From the NCBI GenBank assembly GCA_039809905.1, contig JBDHVY010000001.1, positions 780,001 to 812,000 of the forward strand: a DNA stretch of 32,000 nucleotides. The letters are read 5' to 3'. A program made the position numbers and the translations under genes. Position 1 is the stretch's first letter. Every line of letters starts with the position of its first letter. The stretch is from Candidatus Babelota bacterium. GTDB taxonomy: Bacteria; Babelota; Babeliae; Babelales; Vermiphilaceae. Under the pieces are notes generated by a model, which worked only from the letters and a program-made list of their open reading frames with translations, searched no databases and was not told the DNA's origin. Of this stretch, positions 1-9,276 are shown piece by piece.

Positions 1-2
1 AC

Positions 3-269
3 AATCAATTACTTCTGCTTTCTCCTTATAAATCTGTATTTACGGATAATGATTTTTCTTCTCCTTTAAGAAAGTTTTCAAGGTCTTATAATCAAAATTC
101 TATTGTGCTTATTCCGGGAACGCTTCTCACGGAGTTTTCTCTGTATCCAACTCCTCATATTGTTCAGCAAAGCGGAAAAATTCGATACGCTACCATTGCA
201 TTTGCCATGAGACCTCATTACACGTCTCAAAAAAATAATTTTTCAGTTTTACCTGACGTTAAATCTTGA
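3..269 (+). CDS. 3' end of a CDS truncated by the window edge, ends ...RYATIAFAMRPHYTSQKNNFSVLPDVKS*
   Basis: Continuous open frame from the window edge to TGA at 267-269; no family recognised. Confidence 0.55.
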   Translation, partial: NQLLLLSPYKSVFTDNDFSSPLRKFSRSYNQNSIVLIPGTLLTEFSLYPTPHIVQQSGKIRYATIAFAMRPHYTSQKNNFSVLPDVKS

Positions 270-337
270 ATTTATCTTCAAAAGAATATAATGATGAAAA
301 ATAATTCTATAAAGAAAAAAGTAAGGTAGGATATGCT

Positions 338-2911
338 ATGCTCAATTTTATAGCGAAAATCATTAGAAAAACCCGCGAAAGCGATCCAAAAAATGTCTGG
401 AATTGGGGTCCCCATTCGACATGTAATAAAGAATGGGGTTTAATTTTTCTTTTTTTTTGTCACTCATTACAAGGTTTAACAACACTGCATGTAACATCAA
501 GCTCAGATAATAATCCGGGTGGTATGGGGGATATTGGTGATTTGAGATATTGCTTAAATGTAATGAATCAAAATCTCAACTCAATCCCTGATGATTATGC
601 AATTGTTTTTGATTTTCCCATGACTATTCAACTTAATGGAATTTTGCCCATTATTAATAATTCTTCAAATCCGGTCAATATCACTATTGGTAATACTGGA
701 TCAACTCCTACCGTAACTATCGATGGTAATAGCGGCGCTTATAGTGGATTTTTTATACCAATGGGAAATGTAACCATCCAAAATATGATTTTTCAAAATT
801 TGAGTGCAAAAGGTGGTGATGGTGGGGACGGAATTTCCGGTGGTGGTGGTGGAATGGGTGCTGGAGGAGCTATTTATGTACCACAATTGTTTTTAAACGG
901 ATCGTATCCTTCAATTATTTTGATCAATGTATTAATAGACAATTGCTCTGCTATCGGTGGAAATGGAGGAAGTTACCTCGGTCTTTCTTCCACTGGCAAT
1001 GAAGGTGGCGGAGGGGGTGGGGGCTTTGGTGGTAATGGTGGTTCCATTACTACTGTTGGAAGCACTGGAGGTGGCGGTGGAGGTGGCTTTGGAGGGAATG
1101 GTGGAGACGTTACCCTTTCAATTGATAATTCTGGAGGTGGCGGCGGAGGTGGCGGTGGTATTGGATCTCGTGCTGCCATAGGTTCTTTCACTAATCTGGG
1201 CAACGGAGGATCAGATCAAAATTCAGGTGCAGATGGAAATGGATATGGGCTTTTGATTTCCGGTGGTTCAGGCGCAGGAGGAAGCAGCGGAGGTAATAAC
1301 GCAGGCGGTGGCGGTGGAGGCGCTATTGGAGGTGGCGGAGGAGGAAGTCTTGGATCAGATGGAATGCAGCCTCAAGGTAATATACCACCAGGAGGTAGTG
1401 TTGTACCTTCAGGTGGAAATGGAGGAGATGGTGGTGGTGGCGGCGGAGCTGCTATTGTTGTAACAAGTTTTACCAATGGTATAGATGGCCAAGCGGGTAG
1501 TGGTGGTTATGCTGGTGGAGGCGGTGGTGGAGCCGGAACAGGATCTTATGATGCTGCTTATACCGTGCAAGGTGGATCCGGCGGTATGGGCGGAGGAGGC
1601 GGTGGCGGAGGGGTGAATCAATCTGGTTCTACTTCCGCATCAGGTGGTAATTCTCTTGGCGGCGGTGGTGGTGCAGGAGGCGGTCCTTCCGATGGTTCCA
1701 TTGCTCAAGGTGGAGCTGATATAGGAAATCTTGGTGGAGGATCAGGAGGAGCTGGCGCAAATAGTTATGGACCAGGTTTTGGTGGCGGCGGTGGCGGCGG
1801 CGGAAGTGGTTTGGGCGGAGCTATATTTGTGGACAATAATCTGAATTTAACGATACAAGCTTTTTCCGGGATTCCAACCATTTTTAATACAACAAATAAT
1901 CTGACCCAAGCAGGAGTTCATGGAACTGGAGGTCCTGGTGCTGAAGATGGCCTAGATGGATCAGCGCTGGGAAATAGTATTTTTCTACGATCAGGATCTT
2001 CTTTAACATTTATAGCGCAAGATACTAATGATCTTCTCACTTTGGGTGACCACGTTGCATTTACAGATGGTACAATCTTTGGTGCGGGAGGAACGAGTGT
2101 CTTTGTAAGAGGAAATGGAACAGTTGTTTACAATGGAACAACAGATTATTCAGGAACTATTAGCATTAACAATGCGAATTTCAAAGTGAATGGATTAATC
2201 AATGGAGCATCTATTTCAGTTTGTAGAAATATTAGTATTGGTCAACAAAGGGGTACTCTGAGCGGAATGGGAACAGTAACGGGAAATGTTTTTGCAAATT
2301 CTGGAACAATATCGCCTGATGCGGGACAAACACTTACTCTAGCAAGTTTGACTCTAACTCCAGCAGATCAAAATAATAATACTCTTGGAAGTCTTGTGCA
2401 CATAGCGATTGATTTGAATGGTACATCATTAGTTTCTGTTACTGGTTCTGCGTCGTTAGCAGGTACATTAGAGATTGCATTAGATCAAAATGCTCAGCCT
2501 GGAACGTATACCATTCTCAATTCGTCTGGTATTACCGGTGCTTTTGGTGCTGTTACATTTACGGGAGCGGTTCCTAATTATACACTTTCTTACTTGCCTG
2601 TAGGTAATCCTACGTTTGTACAATTTGATTTTTTAGGTTACCCGAATCCATCACTTCACAAAAAAAAGTTTCGTAAAGTTCTTGCAGGTTATCATCAAGC
2701 GTATCTTTTCAAAAAAGTTGTTAAAGCTATCGGAAAAAATGAAAATAAAGCTGAGTTTCGTCTACGCAAAAAAGAAAGAGATTGGCTAAAAGATTATAAA
2801 GAGCTTCATGGTGATAATAAATTTGTAAAAAATCATTTTAAAAAATTAAAGAAGTTCAAGAGTAAAGAAGTGAGACACATAGTTCATCTGATCAAAAAAG
2901 GTAAGAAATAA
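338..2911 (+). CDS. Large glycine-rich, autotransporter-passenger-like surface or secreted protein with basic C-terminal tail
   Basis: 857-aa ORF; beta-helix-like N-terminal part (NVTIQNMIFQNLSAKGG), long GGGG-rich tracts, then GTLSGMGTVTGNVFANSGTISPDAGQTLTL typical of passenger repeats. True start uncertain because a palindromic element lies at 405-440. Confidence 0.75.
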   Translation: MLNFIAKIIRKTRESDPKNVWNWGPHSTCNKEWGLIFLFFCHSLQGLTTLHVTSSSDNNPGGMGDIGDLRYCLNVMNQNLNSIPDDYAIVFDFPMTIQLNGILPIINNSSNPVNITIGNTGSTPTVTIDGNSGAYSGFFIPMGNVTIQNMIFQNLSAKGGDGGDGISGGGGGMGAGGAIYVPQLFLNGSYPSIILINVLIDNCSAIGGNGGSYLGLSSTGNEGGGGGGGFGGNGGSITTVGSTGGGGGGGFGGNGGDVTLSIDNSGGGGGGGGGIGSRAAIGSFTNLGNGGSDQNSGADGNGYGLLISGGSGAGGSSGGNNAGGGGGGAIGGGGGGSLGSDGMQPQGNIPPGGSVVPSGGNGGDGGGGGGAAIVVTSFTNGIDGQAGSGGYAGGGGGGAGTGSYDAAYTVQGGSGGMGGGGGGGGVNQSGSTSASGGNSLGGGGGAGGGPSDGSIAQGGADIGNLGGGSGGAGANSYGPGFGGGGGGGGSGLGGAIFVDNNLNLTIQAFSGIPTIFNTTNNLTQAGVHGTGGPGAEDGLDGSALGNSIFLRSGSSLTFIAQDTNDLLTLGDHVAFTDGTIFGAGGTSVFVRGNGTVVYNGTTDYSGTISINNANFKVNGLINGASISVCRNISIGQQRGTLSGMGTVTGNVFANSGTISPDAGQTLTLASLTLTPADQNNNTLGSLVHIAIDLNGTSLVSVTGSASLAGTLEIALDQNAQPGTYTILNSSGITGAFGAVTFTGAVPNYTLSYLPVGNPTFVQFDFLGYPNPSLHKKKFRKVLAGYHQAYLFKKVVKAIGKNENKAEFRLRKKERDWLKDYKELHGDNKFVKNHFKKLKKFKSKEVRHIVHLIKKGKK
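405..440 (+). repeat. Palindromic element copy 1: GGGGTCCCCATTC-13 nt-GAATGGGGTT
   Basis: 8-bp arms 410-417 and 431-438 around gacatgtaataaa; same architecture as 9237-9272, 10649-10684 and 23970-24004. Confidence 0.75.
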
Positions 2912-2943
2912 GAAATATCATTATTATATTGTGCTGAAATATA

Positions 2944-2987
2944 AAAAAGATCACTTTTTATGGTAATTCATAAAAAGTGATCTTTTT
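2944..2987 (+). terminator. Rho-independent terminator-like hairpin
   Basis: AAAAAGATCACTTTTTATG / CATAAAAAGTGATCTTTTT, 19-bp perfect arms, directly after the 338-2911 CDS. Confidence 0.9.
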
Positions 2988-3074
2988 CGATTTTATAAAA
3001 TTTGTGTAATACAAAAAAATCATTACAATTTAACAAAACAATTTTTTCATTATATATCTTTTTGGAGTAACTAC

Positions 3075-4430
3075 ATGCCGTACGCACGTCATACTATTTT
3101 CGCATCTATATTATTTTTCCAATTTGCCTTGTCAAACAATTCCATTGATTCTAATAATATTCATGATGTGCATTTCGATATAAAATCATTACACGCGGCT
3201 GAAATACCAGAAGAAATTCGTAAAAAAATTATTGATGAAATAGCTCAACAACAAATAAATTCTAACCCATCAAAAAAAACCGAATTTTTCACTAAAAAAG
3301 ATATTGAAGAGATGGACTTTGTCTTTGAATCTTCGCCAGAAGAAGCTCAGTCTATAGTCAATTATCTACACGATTCTAACTATTTCCCGGGTGTTGAAGG
3401 ATATAGATCAGTCTTTTTTGTGGGAGAACCTGGAACCGGAAAATCCATTATGGCTAAAGCAATAGCACATAAGATGATGCAAGCAGGTTGGGAATATAGT
3501 TTTCTATCAAGCACATCTTTTTTAAAAGAATATCGCAATCAAACAGCTATACACCTAAAAAAAGAACTAGAAAAAATTGAGGCTTCTAATAAACCCACTA
3601 TTTTAATTATCGATGAAATACATCGCTTACTTGAAAACACTGAAAGTAAGCATCATGACACAGATGAAACAGCAACAGCGTTGTGGACATTTCTTGACAG
3701 GCAAAAAAACAATAATAACTTCTTTCTTATTGGAACAATGAATCGTGTACATAAATTACCAAAACCAGTTAAAAGTAGAATCATCTCTGATTTTATAGAA
3801 TTCCCATTAATGACTGACCCAATAAGAAAAAACAATATTCTTCGTAGAAACCTATCGACTAAAAATAGTCAAATGAGTATAGAAATAACTGAAAGTTTTT
3901 TAATTAAAGAATTAGAAAAAATAAATCCTTGTTCTGGACGAGATTTAGAAAAATTATCAAAAGAAATCTTGGTGCAAAGTAAATTAAGTAATAAAAATCA
4001 ACCTTATCCAATAACTATCACCCAAAATAATATTTCTCAAGGAATGAATAACTACCTAAGGAAAAAAGCCAGAATAAAATATGATATGGAAGAAGAAACG
4101 GATGAAGAACGACAAAATCGTTATCATAAAGAAAATCTAGAAATGCATGAACGTCATTTTGTTCAACAGCAAAAAATCAATATAGCCATACATGATCATC
4201 AAAATAATGCTAACCAAAATGTTTGTAGTGGTCATCTTAATCTTGAAAGTAGAGCACATATTGATTCTTTAATTTCAGATGAACAAAACCAACTTTACAA
4301 AAGCATGATGGCAAATACTGAAGCAAGAAAAGCCCAAGACGCTGCAGATAAAAAAGCTGCTGAAAAAGAAAAAGCGAAAAGAGATGCAGAAAATTCTTTA
4401 ATAAACCAATTTAAAAAGCTATTTTCATGA
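3075..4430 (+). CDS. AAA+ ATPase with N-terminal hydrophobic/signal segment and charged C-terminal coil
   Basis: Walker A GEPGTGKS, Walker B ILIIDEIHRL, SR motif KSRIISDF; N-terminus MPYARHTIFASILFFQFALS. Confidence 0.85.
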   Translation: MPYARHTIFASILFFQFALSNNSIDSNNIHDVHFDIKSLHAAEIPEEIRKKIIDEIAQQQINSNPSKKTEFFTKKDIEEMDFVFESSPEEAQSIVNYLHDSNYFPGVEGYRSVFFVGEPGTGKSIMAKAIAHKMMQAGWEYSFLSSTSFLKEYRNQTAIHLKKELEKIEASNKPTILIIDEIHRLLENTESKHHDTDETATALWTFLDRQKNNNNFFLIGTMNRVHKLPKPVKSRIISDFIEFPLMTDPIRKNNILRRNLSTKNSQMSIEITESFLIKELEKINPCSGRDLEKLSKEILVQSKLSNKNQPYPITITQNNISQGMNNYLRKKARIKYDMEEETDEERQNRYHKENLEMHERHFVQQQKINIAIHDHQNNANQNVCSGHLNLESRAHIDSLISDEQNQLYKSMMANTEARKAQDAADKKAAEKEKAKRDAENSLINQFKKLFS

Positions 4431-5581
4431 ATAAACTTAAATTAATTACTTTAATAATTTTATCCAGTTATCTATTAGTTGCTCAAGAAAAACAACAAAC
4501 TCCAACAGATAAAACTGTAAATTTTAATATCTCTCCATTATATCTGCCGGACCCTGAATATTTTCAACAAAATGTAGCAAAAGAAAACATTCCTCAAGAA
4601 AGTCAAAAAACAAATAAGGCTCTATTGACAAGGCCTGCACGATGGATCGTAGAATCAGCAATGGAAAATGCCCCAAAATTAGTAAAAGGTATCTTTACCT
4701 ATTTACAATTATGTTCACGTTGCGCTATTTCAACTCAAACCATTATCAACATACCGTCTTTTCATCGTTTTATTTTAGTAGGACCGCCTGGATCAGGTAA
4801 AACAACCTTAGCTTACGCTATAGCTGAAATGCTTGGATATACCTACACGTTTATTCCTGCGGCAGATCTTTTAGGAAAATTTAGAAATGAAACTGCTATT
4901 AATTTGCAAAAAATTATACAAAAGTGTATCTCTGATGGAGGAAAAAGAATAATCATTATTGATGAATTACACAAACTATTTGAACATCATAAAATCGAAC
5001 AAACAGATCATTCTGAAACTGCTGCCAGTTTTTGGCTTATTCTCGATCATATAGAAAAACACCTTCCTAATATTATTATCATTGGGACTGCTAATAATGT
5101 TGATAAACTGCCTCCGGAAATTAAAAGTCGCTTTGCAGGAAAGATTATTAACATACAAGCTCCTAATAAAGAACAAAAAATTCAAATTTTTAAAAATAGT
5201 ATTCTACATGATCAATCAATAGAGCTTGATCAATCAATTACTGATGTTTTTATTACAAAAATAATACAGCAAATGGAACAACAATCATTACGTGACATAC
5301 GTTCATTAATTGATTCAGCAAAAATATTTTACTATGCGGAGCAAATTACTTCTCATCCAAAACTGCCTATTATTTTAAGAAAAATACATTTTCAGCAAGC
5401 GCTTAATCAATTGCAGGTAGAATCGCAAGTATTAAAAGAAAACTTCTCAGACCAACTTTGTAAAAAGTTGCAACCTTGGGGTGTTGTTTTTGCAATTGCC
5501 GCCAACATAATCACACTCATAAAAGGATCACACGAATTAGCATGTAAAACTGAGGTTCTGCTAAAAAAATACAGTCACTAA
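4427..5581 (+). CDS. Second AAA+ ATPase with N-terminal signal-like segment
   Basis: Walker A GPPGSGKT, Walker B RIIIIDELHKL, KSRFAGKI; N-terminus MNKLKLITLIILSSYLLVAQ; overlaps the previous gene by 4 nt (ATGA). Confidence 0.85.
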   Translation: MNKLKLITLIILSSYLLVAQEKQQTPTDKTVNFNISPLYLPDPEYFQQNVAKENIPQESQKTNKALLTRPARWIVESAMENAPKLVKGIFTYLQLCSRCAISTQTIINIPSFHRFILVGPPGSGKTTLAYAIAEMLGYTYTFIPAADLLGKFRNETAINLQKIIQKCISDGGKRIIIIDELHKLFEHHKIEQTDHSETAASFWLILDHIEKHLPNIIIIGTANNVDKLPPEIKSRFAGKIINIQAPNKEQKIQIFKNSILHDQSIELDQSITDVFITKIIQQMEQQSLRDIRSLIDSAKIFYYAEQITSHPKLPIILRKIHFQQALNQLQVESQVLKENFSDQLCKKLQPWGVVFAIAANIITLIKGSHELACKTEVLLKKYSH

Positions 5582-5621
5582 AAGCAAAACAAATTTATTA
5601 TATTTTTTTTGGATAAACTAT

Positions 5622-8600
5622 ATGTTTCATATAAAAAAAAGCATATTAACCACTATTTTCACATTTTTTATTTTTTCTCATATTTTCGCATTAAAGGTTC
5701 AAGATACTGATCCTGAACCTTTCTTCGGCATGGAAAGAAATTCTGAAACAAGTACAAGCACTACTACTGAAACTACGACTACAAACAGTATAAATACATT
5801 TGATACACAACCTTACAATTTTAGTCGCGAAACAAACACAGAAAAAATTGTATCTTATACCATTACTTATGAAGATCGCATTATTCTTGCCCAAGACTAT
5901 TACAACAAAGAAACAGGAGATAGCGAACATGGGAAAATGCAACTTTATCCTGATATATCTCTTATGAATGAAGGAAGACAATCATTTGAAATACCTTCAG
6001 ATCTAAATTCTAATACTCAAAACAATTCTAACACAGATAGCATTAATAATCCTCATCCATCAAACAAACAACAAGATCATGATGATTTTGCTAACAAACT
6101 TAAAGATGATATCCTCGACTCTCGTAGGCAAGAAATAGAAAATAGACAAACATCTCAAACAAGCTCACAACAAAATAATATTCGTATAATACAACGTCAA
6201 AAAGCTTTATATGAATTAGATAAATTGCGCACTTCATCTACTGATCCAAAAGAAATATTTGCACCGCCAAGCGTACAAGCTCATTTCAAACAATTTAAAT
6301 ATGATCTTATAGAAAAATATAGGGATAAAAAAGTATTTTTCTTTTCAAGAAAAAAAACATTTCCAACAGCAGAATCTGAAATCAAATTTGCCAATGCACT
6401 TTCAATACAAGTAGCAGAATATCTTTCAAAAATACGATACGCCAATCTAATTGATGCTAAAGTGGCTTTTGCTGAATTAAAAGAGCTATGGCCTTGGGAA
6501 CGTGATCATACTTTTTTAACAAGTAGTTTTGTCGATGGAACTGGCGAAAATGGCTTTATTGCCCATTTGGGTATTGATATAATGAAAATTGCCGAAAGAG
6601 ATTTAATTTCACGTTTTGATTACATTTCTCAACACGTTAACCCAGAATCATTGAAAAATATTCAAGAGTTTAGAGAGAAATGTATCATTTTTCAACAAAT
6701 AGGAAATCGCAGTGCTCTTTTGCAAGAAGAACTCCGGTTGAGGCATGAGCTTTTCGAAAATGGTAAAAATGATAATTTAATAACAAATATTTGTTATGCG
6801 ATAGCAGAAAAAATATATTCTGACTCAATAACAAATGTATTATACGAGATTGTGCATGCTCAATCTCTTGAAAAAGCCTACAATCAATTACATTACTTAG
6901 AAATGCAAATATTAGATCAAGCGAAACAACATAATATTACTCTTACTGATGAGATCAAAAATTTTATTGTAAAGCAATATGGTTTTGATCTGATTGAAGC
7001 TGCATATAATTGTTATACTTCTCGTCCCGATTACATCAAAACAGTAAATGATCAACCTGTTTTATCCAATAACAATCTATCTTCTATCTTACATAATATT
7101 GAACATAAAGCTCTACCTATAGCTCATGCAGAATTAGTTCATCTTCAAAAACAGATAGTTAAAACTTTTGAGTCTTCTAAGATTGCCGACAAAGCTACAC
7201 GAAAAGGTTTAATGGTAAAAAAATTCGGTATGGATATTCTTGAAGAAGCAGATAACACTTATAAAAATCGCTCAGATCATAAAAAACTTGTTAAATCTTT
7301 CATAGATATTGATGTTAACAAAGCAACCGCAACAATACTTGAAAACAACAACCGTTATGAATCAGTAGCGAATGAGATGAGTAACTTAGCAGAACGTATA
7401 TTTGGTAATGCTCGCCTATGCAACCTCAGCAATCTACCCAAAATAGAATCGCATGTCTATGATTCAATAGAGGCTATGAGAATAGCACAAGATCACCCTA
7501 CGTTTATTTTTAATTTCTCAATGGTTAATCACACTCTTGGTGACATTCAACAATTGGCACATGCTATTCTCAGCGGAACGCATCCAGTATTGCAAAGATC
7601 ATCCGAGCTATTAATGGGAGGTTTGGAAACATTTTTTAAGGGACTTAATCCGGTTACACAAGCTTCTAATATGGGACATCTTGCTTGCGACCTGGGATCT
7701 CTTTTAAAAAAGAGCGGTACTGCTTTGTGGAACGACCCTATTGCCGTAATACATAACGGTATGAACACAACATGCACATTGATTGATCTGATAAGAAACA
7801 CAGCTGATTTTACCTCAGATCTGACTGTTGGCAAACTATATCTATCTCCCGAAGAATATAAGCAACGCACGGATCAATTCTGTGCAATGATTGAACCGTT
7901 GCAAGATGTTACAGCTCAACAATGTTTTAACTTTACATTTCAATTGGCTGCAGATGTTATTGTTTGGAAAGGTCTTGGGACTGCCTATACATTCCTTAAA
8001 GAGATAGATGTATTAGAAAAGCTTGGTGGATCAGCGGCTGTTATAGCACGCACATTCAAGAAAGGTTTTGATACGCATCTTGCCAATAATCCTATTGTGG
8101 TTACTGCTGAGGGGATTACAATAAAAATCTCTGAAGCCATGCACAATATTAATAATAATGGTGGCAACAACATCATAAAAAGCACTAAAGATTTATTTGA
8201 AAGTGCTTATGCTAAAATAGCTATTGATTTAGAAGAAAAAATAAAAAAAATACGTGAAGCTTATATTCTTAAACCAAACCACGACTTTCCAAATTTTGGT
8301 AATAGACACATTAAAATCGCTCTTGAACATATTTTAGGTGTAGAACTAAAATGGAGTGAATTAGGATTTTTATTAGATCTTAGCGGTTTTCATCACGATT
8401 TTATGGGAGCTGTAGAAAAAAGCAAAGCATTTAAGTTTCTTAATAAGGTTATGAATGAAAACGGATGCTATAGTGCTGATATAGTTTTAGAGGGTAAAAC
8501 TTTTCCAAAAACTTTTTTTCCTCAACATTGGTCACAAAGAGAAGTAGCTGATAAAATATACGAAGCATATTACAACTTTATAAATAGTGGCGCACCTCTT

Positions 8601-8717
8601 GAATTAGGAAGAGGGGGGAAGTATGTTGTTAAGGGATACACCAGCGAAGGCATAAAAATAGAGATGCATGTAACGCAAAAAGGCCTTATAACAACTGCTT
8701 ATCCTACTTTTAAATAA
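5622..8717 (+). CDS. Secreted polymorphic-toxin-like protein with C-terminal EndoU-type nuclease domain
   Basis: 1031 aa; signal-like N-terminus MFHIKKSILTTIFTFFIFSHIFA; C-terminus HILGVE...SGFHHD...KTFPKTFFPQHWSQREVADKIYEAYYNF...GIKIEMHVTQKGLITTAYP matches the bacterial EndoU pattern. Confidence 0.75.
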   Translation: MFHIKKSILTTIFTFFIFSHIFALKVQDTDPEPFFGMERNSETSTSTTTETTTTNSINTFDTQPYNFSRETNTEKIVSYTITYEDRIILAQDYYNKETGDSEHGKMQLYPDISLMNEGRQSFEIPSDLNSNTQNNSNTDSINNPHPSNKQQDHDDFANKLKDDILDSRRQEIENRQTSQTSSQQNNIRIIQRQKALYELDKLRTSSTDPKEIFAPPSVQAHFKQFKYDLIEKYRDKKVFFFSRKKTFPTAESEIKFANALSIQVAEYLSKIRYANLIDAKVAFAELKELWPWERDHTFLTSSFVDGTGENGFIAHLGIDIMKIAERDLISRFDYISQHVNPESLKNIQEFREKCIIFQQIGNRSALLQEELRLRHELFENGKNDNLITNICYAIAEKIYSDSITNVLYEIVHAQSLEKAYNQLHYLEMQILDQAKQHNITLTDEIKNFIVKQYGFDLIEAAYNCYTSRPDYIKTVNDQPVLSNNNLSSILHNIEHKALPIAHAELVHLQKQIVKTFESSKIADKATRKGLMVKKFGMDILEEADNTYKNRSDHKKLVKSFIDIDVNKATATILENNNRYESVANEMSNLAERIFGNARLCNLSNLPKIESHVYDSIEAMRIAQDHPTFIFNFSMVNHTLGDIQQLAHAILSGTHPVLQRSSELLMGGLETFFKGLNPVTQASNMGHLACDLGSLLKKSGTALWNDPIAVIHNGMNTTCTLIDLIRNTADFTSDLTVGKLYLSPEEYKQRTDQFCAMIEPLQDVTAQQCFNFTFQLAADVIVWKGLGTAYTFLKEIDVLEKLGGSAAVIARTFKKGFDTHLANNPIVVTAEGITIKISEAMHNINNNGGNNIIKSTKDLFESAYAKIAIDLEEKIKKIREAYILKPNHDFPNFGNRHIKIALEHILGVELKWSELGFLLDLSGFHHDFMGAVEKSKAFKFLNKVMNENGCYSADIVLEGKTFPKTFFPQHWSQREVADKIYEAYYNFINSGAPLELGRGGKYVVKGYTSEGIKIEMHVTQKGLITTAYPTFK

Positions 8718-8729
8718 AGGATTACCAAA

Positions 8730-9107
8730 ATGGATAGTGTAGAATTTTTTCTTGATATGAATCACGGAGATTACTCATCTAAAAATGCATCCAGCATAGA
8801 AATGTGTAATCTTGGGTATTTCTTAGCAAGCGATGTTAAATTTCGACCTTCAATTTTTAAAGAATATGCTTTTAATGATCAACAACAGTTTATGAGTTCC
8901 AATGCTACAACATTAGAAAAACAAAATGGCTACATACTATTAAGAGATCAATACCCAGAAGAAGAAATTCCAACCAACCTAAAAATGTCGCGGGATAAAT
9001 TTATAAAATTACTTGAGGACTGGGAAGAAAAAGTATGTAAACTAATGCCCAAAGAAATTTTGATAAAATATGAAAATGGTGAATTTATTATAGAAACAAA
9101 AGATTAA
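8730..9107 (+). CDS. Candidate immunity protein for the EndoU-type toxin
   Basis: 125-aa ORF 12 bp downstream of the toxin; divergent homolog at 10171-10551 holds the same position after cassette 2. Confidence 0.7.
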   Translation: MDSVEFFLDMNHGDYSSKNASSIEMCNLGYFLASDVKFRPSIFKEYAFNDQQQFMSSNATTLEKQNGYILLRDQYPEEEIPTNLKMSRDKFIKLLEDWEEKVCKLMPKEILIKYENGEFIIETKD

Positions 9108-9236
9108 TTAGATAATTTTCCAATTTTTATATAAGTTTCAAACTCATCCTTTCTACATTTGATCTAGGATTGCTTTTAAAGCGGTAATTATATGAACGGA
9201 ACAGATACATTGGTTTAATTAAGAATCTTTTAATTT

Positions 9237-9272
9237 GGGGTCCCCAATCGGAATATAATAGAGATTGGGGTT
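9237..9272 (+). repeat. Palindromic element copy 2: GGGGTCCCCAATC-13 nt-GATTGGGGTT
   Basis: Arms 9242-9249 and 9263-9270; loop ggaatataataga; just upstream of toxin cassette 2. Confidence 0.85.
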
Positions 9273-9276
9273 ATAA

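Noticed and set aside
957-1621. Overlapping and antisense ORFs (957-1181, 973-1203, 1263-1463, 1409-1621) within the glycine-rich gene
   Set aside because: Low-complexity GGN codons keep the other frames open (Pro/Thr/Glu/Ala-rich translations); no start or coding signals independent of the main gene.
838-1830. Tandem short GGTGGCGG-type DNA repeats resembling a repeat array
   Set aside because: No regular unit plus spacer structure; explained by polyglycine coding, so not CRISPR.
7547-8185. Antisense ORFs inside the toxin gene (107 aa and 66 aa), with a similar one at 9429-9620
   Set aside because: The 66-aa ORF and its counterpart are mirrored only because the sense linker is duplicated; no RBS or family signal.
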